Positions 10,082 through 21,862 of a stretch of 64,000 nt of DNA are shown here, piece after piece. Source of the DNA: Azolla caroliniana (taxonomy: Eukaryota; Plantae; Polypodiophyta); contig JBHGNT010000021.1 of NCBI GenBank assembly GCA_043228905.1, positions 11,966,001-12,030,000 on the forward strand, read 5' to 3'. Every line of letters starts with the position of its first letter. Within the stretch, counting starts at the first letter, position 1. Position numbers and translations under genes: made by a program. The notes below the pieces were generated by a model. That model saw nothing but the letters and a program-made list of their open reading frames with translations. It was not told the origin of the DNA and made no database searches.

Positions 10082-13000
10082 ATGTCTTCAAAGAGAATCG
10101 AGCGCGAGGACTCCAGGTAGGCCTCTGACACTGTGGACATTTTTGTAAATATGTTTCATTTCTCAAGAACTCGATACGCCGTATCGAGTTCATGTATACA
10201 ATACAAATATTTAAACACGAACTCGATACGCCGTATCGAGTTCGTGTTTAAAGTGTAGGTTTCAAAAAGAATCTCGATACGGCGTATCGAGTTCGTGTTT
10301 AAAACCTACACTTTAAACACGAACTCGATACGGCGTATCGAGTTCGTGTTTAAAGTTTGAATTTTAAAAAGGAACTCGATACGCCTTATCGAGTTCCTAT
10401 TTATAGTGTAGGTTTTAAACAGAAACTTGATACGGCGTATCGAGTTCGTGTTTAAAACCTACACTTTAACACCTGTTTAAAATTCAAACTTTAAACACGA
10501 ACTCGATACGGCGTATCGAGTTCCTGTTTAAAGTGTAGGTTTTAAACACGAACTCGATACGACGTATCGAGTCCCTGTATATAAGAAGGCTTTGAGAGAG
10601 AAAAATCGTTTATGGGGTGGAAATGATATCAAATTGTCTGGCAAAATCAGTCTTTTTTATGTTGACTTTACGTACTTTTAAAGAAATACATGCTCTAATT
10701 ATAGGTGTTTTATGACCTACTTTAGCTTAAAATAGTAGAAAATGATCCACAAATTGCCTTTACTATGGCAAATTCTCCTCAATATAGGTTTAGAATCTAT
10801 ATAAGTCATACCTACTATTTAAAAGAATATATAACCCTGTTTACTTATTACGATATATATTTTCTAGGTTGAATAGCCCTGCCTATAATAGATTTTTGAA
10901 TATAGGATTGCTCCTGGGAACTGTTCTTCATGTTAATATACAACCTTAATCTACGTGACTACCTAACTTATGTTTTTGCATATACTTTCTTAAATAGGTC
11001 GTTTGAGAACCTGTCGGACCGACCCGTGAAGAAAATTAAGCTTCGCATACAAGGTTCTCCAATCGAAGCCCAGACCAAGGTAGCTCCTGAGACCATGAAG
11101 AGAGGAAAAAAGCTTCTCTTTAACGAAGAGACAAAATCTCAGCCACATAGTGATGTTAGCCAAAAGAAACTTGTCGCCGCTACTGGAGGCGAAGACCTTC
11201 CTGACCGAGATCTAACGGACAAGGAATGGTGTATGCAATATGTCGACTCAAAGAAAAAAGTCGTATTGTATACAACAAAGAGGAAGGGTGAGGGGCAGCT
11301 TGGAAAAGAAACCCCATTTATGTATGGCCGTATTCTACGATTTGACTACGAAGATGCAGATTCGGCTAACATACTGGTAATGATAGAGTGCTCCAAGGGG
11401 GTACGTAAAGTGTTCCTTTCAGAAGACCTTTTAGTAAAGGAATCTTTTGGGCCTGAAGTGTTCAAAAAAGCACTTGATAACTCACAAAACCTTATTGTTA
11501 CCTTGAGGCCTTATATACAAGGCCATGTAACTCTAAGAGATGAAGTGCCCTCCCCCTTGAAGGCCACAAAAAAGGTATCCAAAGTCCAGTCAAGACCAGC
11601 CAAGAAGAAGACAACGAAAATGTCGGATACGGATTCAACAAGTGAAAATGAAGAAGAGGATAATAAGGGGACGCCAGGAGCCGAGCTGGCCTCGGGTGTT
11701 TTGTCATCCGAGCAGAATAAAATAAGGAGAGAGTTAATGCAACGGAAGCTGGTCAGGAAAGGGCAAGTATTTAATTTGCCTATAACACACATCCATCGGC
11801 CCCCTATTGATGAAAAAACAGGTCGAAGACCACTTGAGATTAGAGAGCCTCACCGCATGCATGTTCAAAATCTCAAGAAAAAAATGAAAATTAATCCTCA
11901 TGCCACTGTGGTGCCTTTTATTGTTATGGTAGATCCTGAAGAATGTGAAACCATTGAAGATTTTGATATTAGAAAGCATGATCAATATAATTATTTTGTC
12001 ATTGGTGGATCGCATTCAGCAGAGGCACGTCGGCAACTTGTGAGAGAACATCCAACCACTTTCTTCTTCAAGTATACCGAGTGCAAAATTTATGTTGGGC
12101 TCACAACCGAAGAGGCTAAGCTGTTGGCATGGGACCATAATAATGATAATGACTATAGGCAGAAAATGTCGTCTATTGAGCGTATACGGTTCTTCCACCA
12201 CGAGTATTTAGATGTGAAACAAAAGTTTGGTGTGAAGTTACATCCAGGCCTTCGACGTCAATGTCTGCATGAAGTCGGCATTGTGGTAGATGATAATGTT
12301 AGGTCCGATGGTCTTCGAAAGTATGAGTCTTGGTTTCAATTGGCGTTTAGAGATGGAGAAGTATGGGACCTCCAAGATCAAATCTTCTCAATGTGGGAGA
12401 ATAAGGAGGTAAAGGGTCAACGACAAAAGAAATGTAGGGTTGACCCTCAACTAGAGTTAAAGTCACAAGCCGCCAAGAAAATTGACTTGACAATTGAAGA
12501 AGCGGCAGACGACATGAAGCTGTCTCTATGGAGAGCGATGCAAGGTATTAAGGACGAGCAGCTTCTTGTGTCGGTTTTGTCAAGGGTTGTGGCGAAAGAT
12601 TTAAGCCTTGAAGAAATGGTCACTGAGTTCAATAAGTAAGTCTTTCAAATACTGAAACTGTAGTCTATCTGATGTAATTCAAAGTTCTAATCTTGATTTC
12701 TAATTTTATAGTCATAAGGTGTACATGAAGATCCAAGAAGTTATGATGAAACAACTTGGATGTATAACTTGGGAACAAGTGACCGAGGATTATCCTCTAA
12801 CGTCTTCGTATAAGGCGTTATCAGAGTATTTTATTGCATTCAAGGATTGGGTTAGTATTCATGTTTTTTCATTACCCTTTCATCATATGTAGAGCTTGTA
12901 TAATAATACCTGATGTCCTATTGCTTCTATTAGAAACCGTGTCGAGGCAAGAAACAAGGAGAAGTTAAGGATATACACGATTTCCCTACATCCTTCCTTG

Positions 13001-14223
13001 CACATCTCGAGCGAGCCAGAAAAGAAAAGGATCGTCGCTTAGTCAAGGCGAACGAAATGGAGGAAGATGGCTCGTTTAAAAAATTTAGCCACAAAAAAGA
13101 TATTATGAGAGATCTTTACTACAATGTGGTTTGCGGTGATGTCATCGACTTGATCCAGAAGGTGCCAAAGAAGGAATATACGCTAATGATTGCGGATATT
13201 CCTTACGGATTTCGAATGGCTGGGTCATCATACGACGATGAACCGTTTAGGTTTAAACAATTGGAGAAGATGGTCAAGGATTTCGCTGAGCTAACGACCG
13301 TATCCTTGTGGCGAATAGTTGTCTTTCATAGTATGGACCAAGGGTACTCGGTAGCTCAAGCTTTGAGATCTCGTTGCCATGGCATCGAGAACCTTGCATG
13401 GTAAGGATTATTTATAGGTGTCTTTCATTATATTGCAATTCTTAAGGTTGTTGAATCTATTCTTAACTCGATGAATTATTTTTTATAGGATCAAGACCAA
13501 TGTAAATAGAGGGCCAACTTTTCGGTTCGTTAATGCCATTGAATACATAACGGTTGGCTACTTCGATGAAATTAAGAAACAGAGAATCAAAGAGCATTCT
13601 AATGAAGTGGGAGGTTCAAATCTGTTGGTATATCCAGCAGTGACTCGGAAATTGCGACATGTCACCACGACAGAACGGGGACTTGTCAACCCATACCAAA
13701 AACCTCAACGACTTATGATGCGCTTGATCGAGATGTTTTCTGTCGAAGGAGACTGGATATTAGATCTCTTTTTTGGCACAGGTATTCCTCGAACTAGGGT
13801 AACGATCTTGAGATAACCAATCACTTTTTTTTCGTTTGACAACTAAATCTTCTTGTTACTTACATCATAGGAACTACGTCAGCATGTGCATTGAAGCTGT
13901 TTAGAAATACAGTTGCATTGGAGAAGGACGAGGACCAAGTTATATTTATTAATATGCGGATTAAGGCTCTGTGGGAGTGCCCAGACCAGGATGAGGAGGT
14001 CGGTGCAAAGAACCTCGCCAATACAGAAAGGTTTCAACCTGCTTCGCGAGAGCCTATTCCTCCGTTAGCCGGCGAACCGGGGGAGCTAATAGAGCTTGAT
14101 GATGAGCTTATAGAAGATATTTCGTTGGCTCGGCTAATAGGGGAAACCAATGCACGTATAGCCGAAGACAGTTCTACACAAGATGATGAAGAAAATGACG
14201 TTGATGAATTGATTGCTATGTAA
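10082..14223 (+). CDS. Six-exon ~974-aa protein: ParB/Srx-like domain fused to a beta-class N6-adenine/N4-cytosine DNA methyltransferase. Exons 10082-10116, 10998-12635, 12712-12850, 12934-13400, 13489-13781, 13871-14223.
   Basis: All five introns are GT..AG with compatible phases; the spliced CDS is 2925 nt with no internal stop. MTase motifs occur in beta order: GDVIDLIQ..YTLMIADIPYG (motif IV, DPPY-like), LAWIK..IEYI, NPYQKPQRLMMRLIEMFS.EGDWILDLFFGTGTTSACALKLFRNTVALE (motif I FxGxG, split by an intron). ParB-like part: LPITHI..IRE..VQNLKKKM..PFIVMV..YFVIGGSHSAEARRQL. Confidence 0.88.
10167..10575. repeat. Array of 8 palindromes, core GAACTCGATACG-N-CGTATCGAGTTC, ~51-bp period, in intron 1 of the MTase gene
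   Basis: Cores start near 10167, 10219, 10270, 10321, 10372, 10423, 10499 and 10550. Several extend to TTTAAACACGAACTCGATACG-N-CGTATCGAGTTCGTGTTTAAA. Confidence 0.95.
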
Positions 14224-15238
14224 TAGACTCTATAAAGAATATGACACTGACGATTTGTTAAGATTTCACATTATTAATACAAATTTTGGGTTTTACCTAG
14301 TGGATTCTATTCTTTATAATCTTCTATATGTTTCAATTTTATTTTTATATACTTGATTAGTAGATTTATGATATTGGTTTCACCGCGTGCATAGCTGCTG
14401 ACTACCAAACTTATGGAGAAACATGAACTAGTTTAAATGGAGGCTGATTTTGGTCCAAGCTAACCTTAACAGAACATGGCCCTATAATTGTTGCCATGAC
14501 TGTCCATGTTGTTATTATGGATCTTTGTCTTATATTGTTAAAACTATTATGTTTCTATTCCATTGCTGCTTAGATTGTGGAGTGTGTTGATAATGGTTCC
14601 AGTTGCGTTATCGTTCGGAGTTTGATCTTGTGTGAATCACCTAAGCAATAGAGTAGATCAATTTTAAATACAGGTATGAAAGCCTAATAGGTTTGTTATT
14701 TCCACGACATTATCCTAAAGTTCACTGCCTTACATTGTGCACAATTATATACACATATGGTTTGATCCCATATGAACAAACTGAGGAATAGATTAGATCA
14801 ACTTTAAATACAAGTATTGAATACTTTAATAAGTTAGTTATTCCAATCACTTATCCTAATGTGCACTATCCTACATTAACCACAATTACATACATGCACG
14901 TATGGGTCAAAGTATAAATTATATCTCATTTTATTAGTATGGATACAAGTACACCTCATATTTTTGTAAAACCTACCTAATTAATATAAGTCTTTAAGTT
15001 AGTGTTTCCCTTGTTGCACAATAGTGCCATATTGAGCCATAGTTGAACTTTATTATGCCTACATTAACTTATCAACATGTCTAAACTTGCATGATTTCTA
15101 ATGATCTCCACTCGTAGATCTATCATGTATTTTTATATTTGCAAATTCTCATCAAGTTGAAGAACATGTGATACTAGTGCATCCAATTATTGTAGAGAGG
15201 GTGTATTTGCTTCGTTTTAAGAAGATTCTACAAGTGGA

Positions 15239-15274
15239 ATGCGCAATCCTTCCACTTGTGAACGCGAACGTGTT
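15239..15274 (-). repeat. Right terminal inverted repeat
   Basis: Pairs with the left TIR; followed by the TSD TTTA. Confidence 0.95.
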
Positions 15275-15278
15275 TTTA

Positions 15279-16046
15279 GCAGATGCCCAGAATATTGCTG
15301 CTAAAGAACTAAGGCTCCTTACCAAGCATAACACAGAAACGAGAACTATTATTGCTAAATGTGGAGCCATTCTACCTTTGGTTTCTTTGTTGCATTCGGC
15401 TGATCCCGAAATACAAGAGAATGCTGTCACAGCTTTGCTGAACTTGTCAATTAATGATAATAATAAGTCTGAGATTTCCATAGCTAATCCAATTGATTCT
15501 TTAGTTTGTGTCCTCGATTTGGGTACCCTAGCAGCCAAAGAGAATGCAGCTGCAACCTTGTTTAGTTTATTTCGTGGGGATAATGAGAGCAAAGCTGTGA
15601 TTGGTCGGTCTGCAGCAATTCCACTACTAATTGATCTTCTTATCAATGGTTCACCACGAGGCCAAAAGGATGCGCTCAACGCTTTAAATATTCTGTCGAC
15701 AGATCCCATGAACAAGTTGAAGATCGTGAGGTCGAATGCAGTGAAGGAACTAGTTGCACTCATGTCTAATCCTGCTGCTGGATTGGTGGACAAAGCAGTT
15801 GCAATCATCCACAATCTTGCTCATATTCCGGAGGGATCGACATCCATTGGTGAAGTTCATGGTGGGATATCAGGCTTGGTAGAAGTTGTTGAGACGGGGT
15901 CGCAACGTGGCAAAGAGAATGCCACAGCAGCTCTCTTACTCTTATGTTCGCATAATATAAAGTTCCAAATTTCTGTTCTGCAGGAAGGGGCAATTTCACC
16001 TCTTGCTGCCATTGCAAGATATGGAACACCTAGGGCAAAACAAAAG
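15279..16046 (+). pseudogene. PUB4-like gene: ARM-repeat exon, 3' part
   Basis: AAKELRLLTKHN..GAILPLVSLL..QENAVTALLNLSINDNNK..AKENAAATLFSL..GSQRGKENATAALL..GTPRAKQK, then GT donor at 16047. Typical plant U-box ARM (PUB2/3/4-like) repeats. Confidence 0.9.
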
Positions 16047-16203
16047 GTGATTTTCCTTTTTTCTTTTGGTTCAGTTTCTCTCATTTTGCTGATGGTGAGG
16101 AAGTGTTAACATTTGACAAACCAAAATGTTGGCTGGTGTAAGGTGAGTTAGGAATTAATGACGAAATAAATGAAAATAGAAGAGCGAATTAGTAAAACTC
16201 TTA

Positions 16204-16497
16204 CTAGAACCAAAATGTTTTTCTCCATTCACATATTCGTAGGAAATGTAAGTTTGAAAAAGAAAATAGAAACTCATCTTTGGACAAAAAAACTCTTGAA
16301 ATTTGGGGCCTCTAGAGACAAAGTGCTAGAACCAAAATGTTTTTCTCCATTCACATTTTTTCTTCTATGGTTAGAACCAAAATGTTTTTCTCCATTCACA
16401 TATTTGTAGGAAATGTAAGTTTGAAAAAGAAAATAGAAACTCATCTCTGAACAAAAAACTCTTGAAATTTGGGGCCTCTAGAGACGAAGTGCTAGAA
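16204..16497. repeat. Local tandem duplication (~125-bp unit, ~167-bp period) in the intron
   Basis: TAGAACCAAAATGTTTTTCTCCATTCACAT...GGGGCCTCTAGAGAC.AAGTGCTAGAA occurs twice, with a partial third copy between. Confidence 0.85.
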
Positions 16498-17683
16498 ATG
16501 GATCATGGACAAAATTGTTAGAAATATAAGCCTAGACATGTATATGAACACATCCTCGATCGGGACCCTTATGGTGAAGAGTATTTAGGGTTAGTCACAT
16601 TTTTGTAATCAAGGCTATATATGAAGCCATATAGTATATTTCTAACAATAGAAGTTCATTGTGCATACTCTCTGTCTCTCCCTCCAATGCATAGCTAGCA
16701 AAAACACAGATATTGCTATGTATTCAGAGACCCACCAATGCATGGCTAGCAAACTCCCTGAGGTACAAGGATATAGATGGGAGTCAATATGCCGTTCCCA
16801 ACCTCGGACACCAGGAAGCACTAGAAGTTCGGGAGGAGTGGTTGTGCTATACAAAAAGGAGCTCCATGATAGAGTGCATGTTGTCCATAAGGATGTAGAT
16901 GCACACTACATGTGGATACGAATCAAAAGAGGGGATCTTAGGGAGCTATATATTGCAATTTGCTACTTTCCACCTGCCTACTCAAGGTTTGCACCTTTAG
17001 GTGAATCACCATATCTACCATTATATGATGATATCATAAGATTTGCTATTATGGGGGCATAATACTATTAGGAGATTTTAATGCACGAACCAAGGATGAA
17101 CAAACAATTATGTTTAACACCAACGAGGCTGTTTATGGAGAAGTTATGGCTGAAAAGGTTGGTCTAAAGCGACAAGTTCAAGATATGAGTGCTATAATTG
17201 AATATGGAAAACACTTTCTAGCCTTGGGATGTGCACATGGATTTGTGATATATAATGGCTTGTCACAATGGCTTGGATAAGATGCTTTGACATGTTGGAA
17301 CCCAAACGGAGGTGCAAGCACAATCAATTATCTAATGGGATCTCCATCTCTTATACCTGAAATAAAAGAGTTCACTATATCGGGTAGACCTATTGGCTTG
17401 GCAGCAGATCATGCATATCTACGCTTCGAGGTAAAGGATGGATCCACAAAGGATGTATATGCTAAGGATTGTGGGCTGGCTAAGTATCTATTTACTTGCA
17501 AGACAATTGATGTGTATAGTTATGGTGTATACAATGGCATGCTCGATTTGGATCCTTTCGCACCCCTTGAAGAACTTTTAACTTACCCAAGGATTGTCAA
17601 AATCATTGCATAGGCAGCCACAAATGCCTTTCGGGTCCCTTCTGAATCTAAAGGAGTGAGAAGCTAGCCCTTCTTTTCTTTGG

Positions 17684-17756
17684 GGTGGGTATAACTTAAT
17701 GGTCAGAGTGTCAAATTGTGAATTTGAAAACATGGGTTCGAATCCCGTTACTCGCC
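17684..17756 (+). tRNA. trnH-GUG: Organelle/bacterial-type tRNA-His(GUG), probably a mitochondrial insert (pseudo)
   Basis: Folds as a cloverleaf: acceptor GTGGGTA/TACTCGC with encoded G-1:C73, anticodon arm TCAAA-TTGTGAA-TTTGA, T-arm GGGTTCGAATCCC. It lies in a ~480-bp non-LINE block (~17580-18060). Confidence 0.75.
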
Positions 17757-20439
17757 AATTGAGTATAGAAACCAACAACTCTATACTCCCCATGCATACG
17801 TGTGGGTTCTACATCTTTAACTTTGTTTTTCCTTACGGGTTTCCTTAACCAATAAACCCTCTCGTTTAGTATAGAAACATACCTTTTCATATTCTATACT
17901 CCCGCATGAATGAAGGCCTATAATCTCCGAGCCTCTTGAGCTATACTGCGCTTCATCGATTGGGTAAAAAGCTGTTGTTACTTTGGATATTTCACTACCA
18001 GAGTTAAAGATCGTGATACAAGGAGATGCTTGCAGCGTGATGTAACTCGGGGCATTTATACACAAACAAGTGAGACCAACCTTCCAACGCCTCGTAAGGA
18101 AGAAGAAGATATTGTATTTGGCTAAATTTGAAGATCATTTGTATCGATTGTTTCTAGGACGAGAAAGTAAAAGAGCATGGAAAATGTTTAATGAGAGGCA
18201 ACATACCACACAACTGACCTCACCTCAGGTGTGGCATGAATATGCAAAGGTTCTATATGATATCCCGTGGCAACCTCCTCTTCCCCACCCACATGGCTCC
18301 TGCCCACATGAATCAACCTTTTTTACTCCACAAAATGTAAGAAATGCTATTGATCGGCTACAATTTGGGAATGCCCAAGATCATGATGGATTGGTGGGTG
18401 AGCACTTTATCTATGCCCATGACACCTTGCTCCCATTGCTAGCACACATCTTTAATAGATCCATGTGTGAAGGTTTCCCTACTAGATGGACTCAGCATAT
18501 CATTGTGCCAATCCTCAAGAGTGGAGACCCCATGATGCCAAGCAACTATAGGACAATCATGATTGGCCATTACTTGGCTAAACTATATGGCTCGATTCTA
18601 GAATCAGAATTGAGTATATGGGCAGAACGGAATGGCTGCCGTTCAGTTGGACAAGCAGGCTTTCGGAAGGGGTTCACAACTTTGGATCACATATTCACCC
18701 TCCGGGCCCTTATTGAGGAGGGCAGAGCCCATAATAAGAGGATTTATTGCTGCTTTGTGGATTTCTGAAAAGCCTTTGACATTGTGCCACGTGCTCGGCT
18801 TATGCAGCGGCTAGAAGCCCTTGGTGGTCCTACATATATGCAATGGGGAATCTATGCACTCTATGAATCCATGTCAGGAAAAGTGCGATCTTCCAAGGGT
18901 TTGTCAGAGGCGGTGGCTAGCACAATTGGAGTGAAGCAAGAATGCCCACTATCACCCACTCTCTTTAGTCTCTATATAGATGAGGCATCACATTACATAG
19001 AGAGATTCGGGGGTTCGGGAGCACGCCTAGCCGGTATAGCTATACAAAGATTACTATATGCTGATGATATTGTGCTGATTTCTGACTCTCTGGAGGGACT
19101 ACAAATACATGTAAATGCCTCAAAACTATTTTGTACGGACAAAGGTTTGTCAATCAACATGGATAAAACTAAAGTGATGGTGTTTAACACCACTCAAGCA
19201 TGGGTAACAAGATCAGAACTGGAATTCTTCTTGGGAGAGGAAAAGGTGGAATACACACACTCCGACACATAACTAGGAGTAACATTTACAGGGCCTAGGT
19301 TCTCCTTACAGGAGGCTGCTTGTGCCCAACTTTCTCGTGGATATGCAACCCTTGGTGCTCTCGAGAGACAATGTGCACATTTGCAATTCCAAGAGCCATG
19401 AACTAAGCTGTGGTTATTTGATACATTTGTCGTCACACCAACTCTTCTCTATGGAGTAGAAACATGGGGACTGAGTCTTGACAAGGCAAATCATTGGAAA
19501 GATTTAGAGAGACCTTTAGTGTCAATGATTGCTCGCATGATAAGGAGCAAAGCATTGGTGCCCCACGATATAATCCGGGCAGAGATGAGAGAAACACCTA
19601 TAATCACCGAGGCATTGTTCCGATTAGTGACATTTATCCAATGTCTTTGGGAGCTCCCTAAAGGAAGGTACCCAAGGTTGGCACTTAAGTCATCAAGACA
19701 ACTTGCTGAAAATGGAGACACTCATTGTTGGTATTCTGAAATGTAGCAATGGTTTGAGTCACATGGCATGAGTATAAATGCACTACCCCCGTTCCAATAT
19801 AGCTTGAATTGTCCCCATCTAAATATGACCAAAGTGGAAAAGAATAGAGTGATCCGAACTGATATTATTAACTTGGAAAACAAGATAACATGGATCAGCC
19901 CCAAAATACCACTTGGTACAGAGATGGCCCACTATAAGACACACTTCTTACACAGATCGGAGGATGGATTCATCATCAGGCCACCTTATATGGACATACA
20001 TCTATCGTATGTGCTGCGTAGTGTGATAGGGCAGCTGTGAACTTCATCACATCAGTTACAGATTGAGGTAGGTAGATATACACGACTACCTCTAGAAGAG
20101 AGAATTTGCCAATTGCGTCATCAAGGAGTGGAATCCGAAGAACACTATGTTTGTCATTGTAGAGTCTTTTATGAAATTAGAGGGAGATACCATTGCCTCT
20201 TTAAACAAGGCTTTTGCCCACTACGCAAGGTAATGGAATATGAGGGCCAACGATACTGAGGACTTTTCTTGCTAGAGCTCAAGAGACATCGGGAAAAGTT
20301 GTTGAAGAATACAGCTACACAAGCTCATCCACAAAGAACAATCACAACTTTCTTTAGCCCCATCACTCCTACTAATGCTACAGGTCAATCACGGGATACA
20401 CAAATGGGCTCTAGACTAGGACATAACAAAGGGGTTACA

Positions 20440-20778
20440 ATTGATCGGACAATAGCAATTTGCCATGCACGTAGGCCCCGGCCCCATTGACCATGACCTC
20501 GACACCCGTGTCATCGACAGATAAAAGCCATTATCTCCCGCCATCGCAATTGCTTCCCCCGCTTCGGAGACATTTCCATTCTTGATCGACCTATGCCAGA
20601 GATCTTTCAATTGATCGGACAATAGCAATTTGCCATGCACGTAGGCCCCGGCCCCATTGACCATGACCTCGACACCCGTGTCATCGACAAATAAAAGCCA
20701 TTATCTCCCGCCATCACAGTTGCTTCCCCCGCTTCGGAGACATTTCCATTCTTGATCGACCTATGCCAGAGATCTTTC
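20440..20778. repeat. ~170-bp tandem duplication in the LINE 3' region
   Basis: ATTGATCGGACAATAGCAATTTGCC...GCCAGAGATCTTTC occurs twice with few differences. Confidence 0.9.
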
Positions 20779-21862
20779 GAAGACAAAAGTTACAATATAT
20801 CTAACTTGAGAATCTCGCATATGCCAAAAACCAGATTCCCTTGTCTCTTTTCATCTGATTTACTTTTATATTTACCGTGTAATATTTATTTTATTTTGAT
20901 TTGTTCTCAAAGACGAGACAACACTTAAGATGTAATCTCTTGTTTGGTCTTATAGGCCATTTTGGCCTCTTACAAGACGTTAATATATCTTTCTTTCTTT
21001 CTCCTCATGTGTTTTTGTGTTTTCCCATGCTAACCTTAATCCCTTACAGAGATTTCAACATAATATTAGAGCAAGGTTTGTGATCTTGATCACTATCAAG
21101 TACAGGACAAGACAGCTCAAGAAGAGGGTTGCGGCTGTGAGCGATGCAGGTGGAAGTGGACCAGCACATGCACGTGAAGAAAACAAGGAGGCTGCATTGC
21201 GCACAAGCCTGTGATGGACCTAAAACATGGGAGTCTCGAAATGAGCCCAAAACATAGTGGGGAGAAGAGATATCAAGCCAAAACTATAATTAATCAGCAT
21301 TCATACTTAATCACGCATACGAGAAGGTTTTATTAAAATCTCCTTCGAACTAACTAGGATTAAGAAGATGGAGAGGAGAGAGTAAGTAATTAAAAAATCT
21401 AGGTATGAATAAAAAATGAGGAGGTTCTCGTATAGTCTAAGGGTGGTTGTTGGGTTACCCCAGTCGTTATGCAAAGAGGTGACTCTTGGGCTTCCCAAGC
21501 CATTATACCAAGAGCTGTTACGTCAAGGTAGGCGTTTCCCTTGTAGCAGGGTTTGGGACTAGGTCTTCCGTGAGTCCCAACTGTAAGGGGTAGGAATGAT
21601 CTCAATCGGGCTATGGAATACTCAGGATTCACCCTAGTATAGGCCCTTTAGATGCAATCATAGTACGTAAAATTCGTGTTCGTCTAGCATAACATTCGTT
21701 TTCCTACGTTGGAAAACGAATGCAAATGTTATTCAAACATTCTTGTGTTTTTTCCCCTTTTTCAAAGGGTTTTTTTTGTTTTTTTGTCCTTTTTTAAGCT
21801 TTATTTACCTCATAATAAATAGTTAATCCAAAAGTATCGTATTTACCATTCTTCAAGGGTGT

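Larger units (their letters stand above)
5696..15274. mobile_element. Full-length TIR DNA transposon (Sola-like DDD transposase) carrying a ParB-methyltransferase gene
   Basis: 36-bp TIRs AACACGTT(T/C)GCGTTCACAAGTGGAAGGAT(C/T)GCGCAT at 5696-5731 and 15239-15274 (2 mismatches). TSD TTTA at 5692-5695 and 15275-15278. The empty site restores the host reading frame. Confidence 0.95.
16660..20900 (+). mobile_element. Decayed non-LTR retrotransposon (APE endonuclease + RT + C-terminal Cys/His region) in the PUB intron
   Basis: SGGVVVLYKK, ICYFPP, GDFNART, ADHAYL (APE); GQAGFRKG, FVDF*KAFD, GVKQECPLSPTLF, LLYADDIVL (RT); HQLQIEVGRY..ESEEHYVCHC. Multiple stops and frameshifts. Confidence 0.9.

Noticed and set aside
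10167-10575. CRISPR array
   Set aside because: Spacers are short, reused and inverted rather than unique. There are no cas genes and the array lies in a eukaryotic intron.
10930-10997. Start of the 569-aa ORF as the true N-terminus
   Set aside because: This stretch is AT-rich intron ending in TAAATAG. The upstream exon 10082-10116 splices in phase and follows a TATA box.
10082-14223. Bacterial contamination or a restriction-modification system
   Set aside because: The gene has five spliceosomal introns, sits inside TIRs within a plant exon, and has no restriction endonuclease partner.
5701-15282. Transposon spliced out as an in-frame intron of the PUB gene (GT at 5701; AG at 15278-79 or 15281-82)
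   Set aside because: With this donor, both acceptors shift the reading frame, so an intact protein would not be restored.
15152-15814. 220-aa minus-strand ORF
   Set aside because: Antisense shadow of the ARM exon.
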